This document shows, one piece after another, positions 1 to 7,464 of a stretch of 52,754 bases of DNA. This stretch comes from Bacillota bacterium (GTDB lineage Bacteria; Bacillota; Limnochordia; Darwinibacteriales; Darwinibacteriaceae), in contig JAAYRS010000107.1 of NCBI GenBank assembly GCA_012518645.1, positions 1-52,754 on the forward strand, written 5' to 3'. The notes below the pieces were generated by a model, which saw only the letters and a list, made by a program, of their open reading frames with translations, did no database searches and was not told where the DNA came from. The position numbers and the translations under genes were made by a program. Numbering within the stretch: the stretch's first letter is position 1; each line of letters begins with the position of its first letter.

Positions 1-85
1 TAAGAGAAATAGGCCCTTGACCGTAGTGCAGAGCTAGATCAAACATAGCTCTAACTCCATATTCACCGCGCGTGGATATCCTCAT
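1..85 (-). CDS. Rrf2-family transcriptional regulator (CymR/IscR-like); only the N-terminal 28 codons, gene continues past the window start
   Basis: Too short for the ORF track. ATG at 85..83 lies 6 nt after a GGAGG SD. Translation MRISTRGEYGVRAMFDLALHYGQGPISL matches the conserved Rrf2 winged-helix N-terminus. Its position next to rarA mirrors B. subtilis cymR-yrvN. Confidence 0.6.
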   Translation of the reverse strand, partial: MRISTRGEYGVRAMFDLALHYGQGPISL

Positions 86-202
86 CGCCTACCTCCTTTT
101 TAATCCCAAGGAAAACACTCGGGATTAAACCATGTTAATAATAACACAGGGTTTTAGCAGCTGTCAATGGCTAAACGAGCATCATTTTAATCTCGAAGAA
201 AG

Positions 203-1522
203 CTATTTTTTTCCAAATCCGGACAGGTACTCCAGGCGTTCCCGAATCACCTTTTCCCGGCCTTGACCGGTAGGTTGATAAAGCCTAAGGCCCCTAAGCT
301 GAGAGGGTAAATAATCTTGGTGCACATAGTGTGCAGGATAATCGTGAGGGTATTTATATCCTTGGCCGGAACCCAGTTTCTGAGCACCTGCGTAATGTGT
401 GTCCCGCAAATGAACGGGAACTTGTGCCCCAGCGGCAGACTTGACCACTTTTAAGGCCCGATCCACGCCTTGAAGAACCGCATTACTTTTAGGCGCAGTT
501 GCAATATAAATTATAGCCTGGGCAATAGGCAGACGAGCTTCCGGCATTCCCAGCCACTCCAGGGCCGAAGCCGCCGCTTGAGCCATAAGCAAAGCCTGCG
601 GATCCGCCAAACCCACATCTTCTGCTGCATGAACTAGAAGACGCCTAACGATAAAACGAGGGTTTTCGTTTGCATAAACCATGCGGGCGTACCAATATAG
701 GGCTGCATCGGGATCACTTCCCCTCAGCGACTTGGTAAAAGCAGAAATAACATCGTAGTGGTTATCTCCGCTTTTATCGTAACGGACTCTTTGGGACTGG
801 GCGGCCTCTTCGGCAAGTTCTAAAGTAATTGTTCGCACACCGGCAGAATTTGGCCGGGCAGTAAGTACAGCAAATTCCAAAGTGTTAAGCAAAACCCGCC
901 CATCGCCGTTGGCAATGCGCACCAAATGTTCTAGGGCTTCCGCCTCCAATGCGCACTCTATTTTCCCCAGCCCCCGCGGTGATTTTAAAGCTGCCCAGGC
1001 TAATTTTTTCAGATCTTCTTCATCAAGAGGTTTTAGCTCGTAGACCTGTGATCTGCTTAGCAAAGCGGCATTAACTTCAAAAAATGGATTTTCGGCAGTG
1101 GCGCCAATTAAAACTAAATCCCCGCCTTCCACTGCCGGCAGGAGTACATCTTGCTGCCCTTTATTCAGTCTTTGGATTTCATCTATAAATAAGATGGTCC
1201 GCCGGCCATAATAAGCCAGCCTTTCCTCGGCCTCTTTAATTATTTTCTTCAAGTCCGCCACACCGGTGGTTGTTGCACTTACATCTACAAAAACCCCTTT
1301 TGTGGTTTGAGAGATGACGAAAGCTAGAGTCGTCTTGCCAACGCCCGGCGGACCGTAAAGAATAAGGGAGCGCAGGATATCTTTTGAAATTGCCCTCCGC
1401 AGCAGAGTGCCTTCCCCCAGAATATGTTCCTGTCCTATAAATTCATCAAGAGACTCCGGGCGCATGCGCTGTGCTAAAGGTGCGTATCTATCCTTGTCTT
1501 GGCTGTGTTCAAATAAATTCAT
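203..1522 (-). CDS. rarA: Replication-associated recombination protein A (AAA+ ATPase RarA/MgsA)
   Basis: 439-aa ORF with Walker A GPPGVGKTT, Walker B ILFIDEIQR and the conserved MgsA C-terminal region (DVISAFTKSLRGSDPDAALYW). Confidence 0.9.
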   Translation of the reverse strand: MNLFEHSQDKDRYAPLAQRMRPESLDEFIGQEHILGEGTLLRRAISKDILRSLILYGPPGVGKTTLAFVISQTTKGVFVDVSATTTGVADLKKIIKEAEERLAYYGRRTILFIDEIQRLNKGQQDVLLPAVEGGDLVLIGATAENPFFEVNAALLSRSQVYELKPLDEEDLKKLAWAALKSPRGLGKIECALEAEALEHLVRIANGDGRVLLNTLEFAVLTARPNSAGVRTITLELAEEAAQSQRVRYDKSGDNHYDVISAFTKSLRGSDPDAALYWYARMVYANENPRFIVRRLLVHAAEDVGLADPQALLMAQAAASALEWLGMPEARLPIAQAIIYIATAPKSNAVLQGVDRALKVVKSAAGAQVPVHLRDTHYAGAQKLGSGQGYKYPHDYPAHYVHQDYLPSQLRGLRLYQPTGQGREKVIRERLEYLSGFGKK

Positions 1523-1524
1523 TC

Positions 1525-2220
1525 TTAACCTCCTCCCTTACAAAGAGCGTCCACAATAAAACTGGCCATTATCAAACCAGCTGCCGGCGGCACAAAAGAT
1601 GTGCTTCCCGGCTGGCCCCCCCGCTTCAATCCCCGGCATTTCTCGGGGGAGAAAACCACAGGAAGCCCCCGTTCAATACCCTCCCGGCGCAGACCAACCC
1701 GAACCGCGCGCGCTAAAGGACAGGTGTGGGTTTCGGAAATATCTGTGATTGTCAATAAAGTCGGATCCAATTTATTCCCCGTACCCAAAGCGGAAATAAT
1801 CGGGATGCCCTCTTGCAAACAATGCCGGATTAAAGCAACCTTTTCCCCGACGCTGTCAATTGCATCTGCAACGTAGTCGAATCGAGAAGAAAAAATCCCC
1901 TCGCTGGTTTGAGAATTGTAGGGTTGCTGGCGGATAAGAACTCGGCAGGCAGGGTTGATATCTTCAATCCGCTCCTTCATCGCTATTACCTTTGGTTTAC
2001 CTAAATTAGACTCCAAGGCAATAATTTGGCGATTCAAATTAGAGATACTCACCCGATCCGGATCGATTAAAACCAAAGTGCCCAGGCCGCTTCTAGCCAG
2101 GGCCTCCGCAGCACAACCCCCGACTCCGCCCAGGCCAATAACTGCCACAGTGCTTGCGGCCAAAAGCCTTAGGTTTTCTTTGCCCACGACCATTTCAGTA
2201 CGAGAAAATCGGTGTTCCAT
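1525..2220 (-). CDS. tcdA: tRNA threonylcarbamoyladenosine dehydratase (ThiF/E1-like, TcdA/YrvM)
   Basis: 231 aa with the Rossmann motif VIGLGGVGG and ThiF-family NLNRQ motif. SD GGAGG precedes the ATG at 2220. Lies 2 nt upstream of rarA, as yrvM-yrvN do in Bacillus. Confidence 0.8.
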   Translation of the reverse strand: MEHRFSRTEMVVGKENLRLLAASTVAVIGLGGVGGCAAEALARSGLGTLVLIDPDRVSISNLNRQIIALESNLGKPKVIAMKERIEDINPACRVLIRQQPYNSQTSEGIFSSRFDYVADAIDSVGEKVALIRHCLQEGIPIISALGTGNKLDPTLLTITDISETHTCPLARAVRVGLRREGIERGLPVVFSPEKCRGLKRGGQPGSTSFVPPAAGLIMASFIVDALCKGGG

Positions 2221-2231
2221 TGTTTTCCTCC

Positions 2232-2254
2232 AAAAAAAATACCCCGCAAGGGGT
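2232..2254 (-). terminator. Rho-independent terminator (minus strand) ending the structured RNA, 11 nt upstream of the tcdA SD
   Basis: Minus strand reads ACCCC-TTGC-GGGGT followed by ATTTTTTTT. On the plus strand the run is A8, so it functions only on the minus strand. Confidence 0.7.
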
Positions 2255-2451
2255 GTTTAGATAGCCCCCACCGTGTCGTTAGTAACTGACTCGAATGAAC
2301 CTGCTTAGGCAGGTGGGTACCCACCTAACTAGTTTGGACATCCGTTCAAAGACGGCTCGCCCTCCCTAGTTAGAGTTAAAGTTCCCTGTGTTATGGTGTT
2401 GGCTCATAACAAAGCCAGATTGATCACGAACACAGTAGGGGTTTGCTCTCT
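2232..2451 (-). ncRNA. ssrS: Probable 6S RNA (SsrS; Bacillus bsrA/6S-1-like), ~220 nt including the terminator
   Basis: It has its own promoter and terminator and no ORF. The 5' and 3' ends pair in a long closing helix (2429..2441 with 2265..2277, 13 bp). Three of those pairs are G-U only on the minus-strand transcript and would be C-A mismatches on the plus strand. A 9-bp apical stem (2366..2374 with 2324..2332) flanks a large two-sided internal bubble. In B. subtilis the 6S-1 gene also lies between aspS and yrvM (tcdA). Confidence 0.55.
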
Positions 2452-2457
2452 AGTTAG

Positions 2458-2486
2458 ATGATATCACAGACATTGCCGGGATTCAA
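2458..2486 (-). promoter_or_regulatory. SigA-type promoter for the structured RNA
   Basis: Minus strand reads TTGAAT (2486..2481), a 17-nt spacer, then TATCAT (2463..2458) with an upstream TGn extended -10. Predicted start is near 2451. Confidence 0.45.
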
Positions 2487-2568
2487 GTACCCCGCTTGTA
2501 CCGATTTTTCCCGGTTCTATTGGGAAATAAAGGGACATATAACTTAAGCAAAAGGGGGTTGACTAACA

Positions 2569-2850
2569 ATGAACCAATTACTAGGAAAAGTCGCGGCAAT
2601 TGCATTTTTGGTGGAGGTATTAACGAACACCATTAAGACAATTGTTCCTAACTTAAACCGCAAACACATTCCGTTTGTAGCGGGATTGCTGGGTGTGGTC
2701 TTGGCCTGGAGCACCGGTATTGGCCTGCTGGCAGCTCTGCAGATCCCGATTAAACATGCTCTGTTGGACTACTTGGTTACCGGCGTTGTGATTTCCCGGG
2801 GTGCTAATATTGTCCACGACTTAGCTAAAACGCTCAGTCTTTCAAGCTAA
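2569..2850 (+). CDS. Small membrane protein, holin-like (Hol118/LL-H-type pattern)
   Basis: 93 aa. SD AAGGGGG lies 10 nt before the ATG. It has 2-3 hydrophobic segments and the N-terminal pattern hydrophobic-x-IK-x5-P-x-K-IP-hydrophobic-GxxLG typical of Listeria Hol118-type holins. The 3' end overlaps the aspS stop convergently by 17 nt. Confidence 0.5.
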   Translation: MNQLLGKVAAIAFLVEVLTNTIKTIVPNLNRKHIPFVAGLLGVVLAWSTGIGLLAALQIPIKHALLDYLVTGVVISRGANIVHDLAKTLSLSS

Positions 2851-4603
2851 TCTTAAGCTCGTCCAGTTGGCCCTGGGTGACAGGTGCCGGAGCATCGGTC
2901 ATCAAATCGGCGGCACTGACAGTTTTTGGAAAAGCAATAACATCCCGGATTGACTGGCGTCCGGCCAAAAGCATTACTAACCGATCAAGGCCAAAGGCAA
3001 TCCCACCGTGGGGAGGCGCTCCGTATTCAAAGGCTTCCAGGAAGTATCCAAACTGGCGATAGGCCTCTTCCTTTGTAAAGCCCAAGGCTGCAAACATTCT
3101 TTCCTGCATAGAGCGGGAAGTAATACGTATGCTGCCTCCTCCTAATTCCACCCCATTTAAAACCAAATCGTAAGCCTTAGCCCTTACCCGGCCCGGCTCT
3201 GTTTCCAAGCGATCCAGATCCTCGTCTAATGGTGCTGTAAAGGGGTGGTGCGCCGCCTCATAGCGCTTGGCCTCCTCGTTGAAAACCAAAAGGGGCCAGT
3301 CAACAACCCACAATAGGTTAAATAGGTTTTGATCTATTAGATCCAATTGGCGGCCTAAAGATAAACGCAAACGCCCCAAGACACTATTGACCAGAGAGTA
3401 TTGATCAGCGATTAACAAAAGGAGATCGCCGGTTTCCCCTTCTAGACCCTTGACAATGCCTTCGATTTCCTCTTCTTCCAAAAACTTAGCAGCGGGAGAG
3501 CGCACTTGATCTGCCGCCAAGGCCAGCCAAACCAATCCTTTGGCGCCCATTTCCCGGGCAGCTTCGCCTAAATCATCAATTTGGCGCCTGCTGAAATCGG
3601 CACCGCCTTTAACGTTGATACCTTTAACAACACCGCCCGCTTGAATAGCGTCCGCAAAGACCCGAAAGCGGCTGGAGGAAACATGGGGGGTGACATCCTT
3701 TAATTCCAAGCCAAAACGAGTGTCGGGTTTGTCCGAGCCGAACCGATCCAAAGCCTCCCGGTAGGAAAGACGGGGCAGGGGAATGGGTATCTCCAAGCCC
3801 TTTACCTCCGCTAAAACAGAAACCACCATCTTTTCCATAATTTCCATCACATCGTTGCGATCAACAAAGGACATTTCTATGTCAATCTGAGTAAATTCCG
3901 GCTGGCGATCGGCCCTCAAATCTTCGTCCCGGAAACAGCGGGCGATTTGATAATAGCGTTCAAAACCGCCGATCATTAAAAGCTGTTTAAATAGCTGCGG
4001 TGATTGGGGCAAAGCATAGAATTCTCCGGGATGCACCCTGCTGGGGACGATGTAGTCCCGAGCCCCTTCCGGTGTAGAGCGGATTAAAAGAGGCGTTTCA
4101 ATTTCCATAAACTCGTTGCAGTTTAAAAAGGAGCGGACCGCCGTTACTGTCTTGTGGCGTAGGGCGATGCTTTCCTGAAGCTCGCGGCTGCGCAAGTGTA
4201 AATAACGATATTTCAAGCGCACGGATTCATCCACTGTAGAAGCCTGGTGAATGGGAAAAGGCGGAGTTTTTGCTTCGTTAAAAATCTTTAGTTTAGTCAC
4301 ATTGACTTCAATTTCACCTGTAGCTAAATTGGGGTTAGTTTGGCCCTCCGGGCGCGGAGCGATTTCTCCCGTTACAGATATTACAAACTCTCCGCGCAAG
4401 CGTTCAGCTTGGGCAAACTGCCTGCCCCCTAAAGCATGGGGATCCAAAACAATCTGGACCAGGCCGGAGCGATCCCGCAAATCAACAAAAATAACCTGAC
4501 CCAGATCACGGCGCCGGTTGACCCAGCCATTTAAAACAACAGTTTCCCCCACAAGATCCAAGCCTAATTCCCCACAATACCTGGTCCGTTTCCATTCTGT
4601 CAT
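2834..4603 (-). CDS. aspS: Aspartyl-tRNA synthetase
   Basis: 589 aa with an OB anticodon-binding N-terminus, class II motifs (FRDEDLRADRQPEFTQID; GGGSIRI; GLDRLVM) and the bacterial insertion domain. Confidence 0.95.
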   Translation of the reverse strand: MTEWKRTRYCGELGLDLVGETVVLNGWVNRRRDLGQVIFVDLRDRSGLVQIVLDPHALGGRQFAQAERLRGEFVISVTGEIAPRPEGQTNPNLATGEIEVNVTKLKIFNEAKTPPFPIHQASTVDESVRLKYRYLHLRSRELQESIALRHKTVTAVRSFLNCNEFMEIETPLLIRSTPEGARDYIVPSRVHPGEFYALPQSPQLFKQLLMIGGFERYYQIARCFRDEDLRADRQPEFTQIDIEMSFVDRNDVMEIMEKMVVSVLAEVKGLEIPIPLPRLSYREALDRFGSDKPDTRFGLELKDVTPHVSSSRFRVFADAIQAGGVVKGINVKGGADFSRRQIDDLGEAAREMGAKGLVWLALAADQVRSPAAKFLEEEEIEGIVKGLEGETGDLLLLIADQYSLVNSVLGRLRLSLGRQLDLIDQNLFNLLWVVDWPLLVFNEEAKRYEAAHHPFTAPLDEDLDRLETEPGRVRAKAYDLVLNGVELGGGSIRITSRSMQERMFAALGFTKEEAYRQFGYFLEAFEYGAPPHGGIAFGLDRLVMLLAGRQSIRDVIAFPKTVSAADLMTDAPAPVTQGQLDELKISLKD

Positions 4604-4606
4604 AGC

Positions 4607-5875
4607 TTACACTCTCCCTAAGGCTTTCATTAGCTGTTCTGGTTCATCTAGTTTATAAAATTCTTCTCGGCCTGTTTCCATATCCCGGAGCAAAACCTTC
4701 TTTTGAGCCAGCTCCTCCTCGCCCAAAACAAGCACATACCCTGCCCGGAGGCGGTTGGCACTTTTCATTTGGGCCCGGATGCTCCGATCAAGATAGTCCA
4801 TCTCCGCCCAAAACCCTTCCCTCCTTAAGCTCTGGGCCAATTGGGCCGCTTTTACTTTAGTTCGTCCCCCAAAGTTAACAATGAATACCGCCGGGCCCTT
4901 TTTCTCTAATTTAAGTTTACCCTGGCTTTTAAGGGCCAAAAGAAGTCTTTCCACCCCTACGGCAAACCCTACGGCCGGTGTTGGTTGGCCGCCGCATTCT
5001 TCAACAAGGCCGTCATAACGCCCTCCGGCCCCAATTGCATCCTGCGATCCTAATTTAGGAAAGGTGACTTCAAAAACTGTCCTTGTGTAGTAATCAAAAC
5101 CCCTTACCAAATGGGGGTTAAGATGATAAGAAATATCTAAAGCGCCGAGGTAGGAGCGAACTTGGCTAAAGTGGGAAGAGCATTCTTGGCACAAATAATC
5201 CTCTATTGCCGGGGCGTCCTTGAGAAGGCGCCGGCATCCTTCTTCCTTACAATCCAAAAGACGCATAGGATTGCGATCCAGGCGGGATTGGCAGCTGGGG
5301 CAGAGCTCTTGGCGCAAGGGGCCGGCATAAGCTACAAGCTCTTTTCTATACTCCTGGCGGCAGCTAGGACAGCCGATACTGTTTAACTCCACTTCAAACC
5401 CTTCCAGACCGCAAGCGCGGTACAATTCAATCGGTAAAGCGATTGTTTCTACATCCAATAGGGGATCAGAAGAACCTAAAGCTTCCAGTCCAAACTGTGT
5501 AAACTGCCGGTACCGGCCGGCCTGGGGCCGTTCATAACGAAACATCGGGCCGTAATAAAAGACTTTTACAGGTAATGAACCCGCCCCCAACTTGTTCTCC
5601 AGATAAGCCCGGACAATAGGGGCGGTCCCTTCCGGGCGCAGAGTAATACTGCGCTGGCCCCGATCTTGAAACGTATACATTTCCTTTTCCACAATATCAG
5701 TGGCCTCGCCGATTCCTCGCTGAAACAATTCAGTATGTTCGAACATAGGGGTGCGTAATTCCCGGTAACCAAAGGCATGACAAACAGCCCTAATTTTTTC
5801 CTCCAGTTTTAGCCAAAGTTCTATTTCTTCCGGTAAAATATCGCTTGTTCCCCGGGGCCTAGTCCAAAGTGGCAT
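4607..5875 (-). CDS. hisS: Histidyl-tRNA synthetase
   Basis: Class II HisRS motifs (RGTSD, FRYERPQAGRYRQF, GGGRYD). I moved the start to the ATG at 5875, which is preceded by AGGAGAGG. The ORF-track TTG at 5893 lies inside the upstream terminator tail. Confidence 0.93.
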   Translation of the reverse strand: MPLWTRPRGTSDILPEEIELWLKLEEKIRAVCHAFGYRELRTPMFEHTELFQRGIGEATDIVEKEMYTFQDRGQRSITLRPEGTAPIVRAYLENKLGAGSLPVKVFYYGPMFRYERPQAGRYRQFTQFGLEALGSSDPLLDVETIALPIELYRACGLEGFEVELNSIGCPSCRQEYRKELVAYAGPLRQELCPSCQSRLDRNPMRLLDCKEEGCRRLLKDAPAIEDYLCQECSSHFSQVRSYLGALDISYHLNPHLVRGFDYYTRTVFEVTFPKLGSQDAIGAGGRYDGLVEECGGQPTPAVGFAVGVERLLLALKSQGKLKLEKKGPAVFIVNFGGRTKVKAAQLAQSLRREGFWAEMDYLDRSIRAQMKSANRLRAGYVLVLGEEELAQKKVLLRDMETGREEFYKLDEPEQLMKALGRV

Positions 5876-5891
5876 GTTCCTCTCCTCTTTC

Positions 5892-5923
5892 AAAAAAACG
5901 AGTGATGGCAGCCACCACTCGTT
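5892..5923 (-). terminator. Strong rho-independent terminator after the PPIase gene, directly abutting the hisS SD
   Basis: Minus strand reads AACGAGTGGTGGC-T-GCCATCACTCGTT (about a 12-bp stem with one G-U), followed by a T7 run, then GAAAGAGGAGAGG and the hisS ATG. Confidence 0.8.
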
Positions 5924-5930
5924 TTGCTTT

Positions 5931-7394
5931 TTAATCTTCTGGATCCGCTTCCTCCTGGGATGGCTCCGCCTCTAAATTAGACTCCTCAGCAGCGGGCTCC
6001 TCCGCCTCTAATAACTCCTTCTGTCTTTCTTGAAACTCTGCAATTCGATCTTCAATTATTCTTGCCTCATCGTAACGTTCTAACTCATTAAGACTTTGGT
6101 ACAGGGTCAATTGAGCAAAAATATCATTAGGAACCAATTCAGAAGCAGTCAAATAGGCGTCAACAGCTTTCTCCACCTGGTCCACTTCCCGGTAAAGCCC
6201 AGCTAAGGCAATGTATAACTGATGATCATTATCGTACTTCTCCACCGCAAGTTCATACTGGACAATGGCGTCTTCATATCCGCCCTGTTCTTTAAAAACA
6301 TCACCTAAGGCGGCATAAAGATAACCGTCATCGGGCCGTTCTTCAAGCGCTAATTTGTAATAATGGACTGCATCCTCGTAATTGCCTAAATTAGCTTGTT
6401 GGAAAGCATTCATCTCATGATCTGTGAAAATAACATCGGCTTTGTCCCGTAACTCTTCAAACCAAGCCGCCAAATCTTTCTGTCCTTTTTCATCCCGGAC
6501 CATTTCAGCAAGGGCATCGTAGACTTGCTCAAATTCTTCACCCTGTGCTTCTTTCCGTTCAGTTACGGTGATAATATGGTAGCCGTATTCTGAACGCACC
6601 GGTTCGCTAATCTCGTCCACTTCCAGACTGAAAACTACCGTTTCAAACTCAGGTATGGTTTGTCCTTTACCTACAAAACCCAAATCTCCGCCTTGGCTTT
6701 TACTGCCGTCTTCTGAATAAGCCTCGGCGAATTCGGAAAAATTGTCTACAGTGACTTGTTCCCAGATTTCCACGGCTTTTTCTTTGGCTTCAGCCCAGCC
6801 TTCTTCAGTCCGTTCTTCGGGCGTGATTAAAATATGGCTGGCCCGGACCCGTTCATAGGCGGATTTGATTTCCTCTTCAGAAACTGGAATATCCGCCAAA
6901 ATTTCGTTCTTGAGCTTATTAAATTTCAGCTCCTCCGCTAAACCGGCCTTCAAGTATTCTTCTGTCAGGCCCGCCGCCTCTAATTGAAATTTATAATCTT
7001 CAACACTGGGAAATTGATCGATGATGCTTTGCAGCTCCTTTTCGATCTCATCTTTGGAAGCAGTGATCTTTCTCTCCGAGATTTCCTGGCTTAGCAAAAC
7101 ACTGCCGACTAAAGATTCCAAAGCCTGATATTTTATTGATTGATAGGCACTGCCCGGCACCCGGCCTTGCTGCTGCTCAATTTGCTGCAGTTTTTGGATA
7201 AACATTTGATGAAGATCGTAATAAGTGATCCCCTGACCGTTAACCATGGCCACTACAGCCTCTACTGGCTGTTGTTGTTTTCCGCGGCCCCCAAATAATT
7301 GGGCCCCGCCGGCCCATAGCAGACCGCCTGCCATGGCTGCAACCACAATAATAATAATAAATTTAGTCCGTTGCCGCATTTTCTGGAAAAACAT
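5931..7394 (-). CDS. Membrane-anchored parvulin-type peptidyl-prolyl isomerase (PrsA/SurA-N-like) with C-terminal TPR repeats and an acidic tail
   Basis: 487 aa. N-terminal TM anchor (FIIIIVVAAMAGGLLW), a SurA_N-like chaperone region, a parvulin core (ASHILI...GGDLGFV...SEYGYHII), then about 3 TPR-like repeats (YEDAVHYYKLAL..., YEDAIVQYELAV..., VEKAVDAYLTAS...) and an E/D-rich end. Confidence 0.8.
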   Translation of the reverse strand: MFFQKMRQRTKFIIIIVVAAMAGGLLWAGGAQLFGGRGKQQQPVEAVVAMVNGQGITYYDLHQMFIQKLQQIEQQQGRVPGSAYQSIKYQALESLVGSVLLSQEISERKITASKDEIEKELQSIIDQFPSVEDYKFQLEAAGLTEEYLKAGLAEELKFNKLKNEILADIPVSEEEIKSAYERVRASHILITPEERTEEGWAEAKEKAVEIWEQVTVDNFSEFAEAYSEDGSKSQGGDLGFVGKGQTIPEFETVVFSLEVDEISEPVRSEYGYHIITVTERKEAQGEEFEQVYDALAEMVRDEKGQKDLAAWFEELRDKADVIFTDHEMNAFQQANLGNYEDAVHYYKLALEERPDDGYLYAALGDVFKEQGGYEDAIVQYELAVEKYDNDHQLYIALAGLYREVDQVEKAVDAYLTASELVPNDIFAQLTLYQSLNELERYDEARIIEDRIAEFQERQKELLEAEEPAAEESNLEAEPSQEEADPED

Positions 7395-7435
7395 CGTCTA
7401 CCAGTCCTTTCCATTCTACGAAAGCCAACATGATA

Positions 7436-7464
7436 ATTGTACTTGAAATGCCCCCCTCTGTCAA
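7436..7464 (-). promoter_or_regulatory. Near-consensus SigA promoter for the PPIase gene
   Basis: Minus strand reads TTGACA (7464..7459), a 17-nt spacer, then TACAAT (7441..7436). The -35 hexamer contains the hemZ TGA stop codon. Confidence 0.6.

Noticed and set aside
2292-2335. T-box-like string AGUUAGGUGGGUACCCACC on the minus strand of the aspS-tcdA spacer
   Set aside because: It only loosely resembles the T-box consensus (AGGGUGGNACCGCG). It lies about 70 nt from the terminator rather than forming its alternative antiterminator. No specifier-loop or Stem I features were seen, and tcdA is not an amino-acid-related gene. It fits better as the 3' strand of the 6S-like central bubble.
5876-6400. 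Search for a T-box or other leader upstream of hisS hidden in the PPIase 3' coding region
   Set aside because: No T-box consensus was found, and the only promoter-like hexamers are weak (TTTCAA-16-TATTAG). The reading frame stays open and encodes a plausible TPR plus acidic tail, so I kept it as coding sequence.
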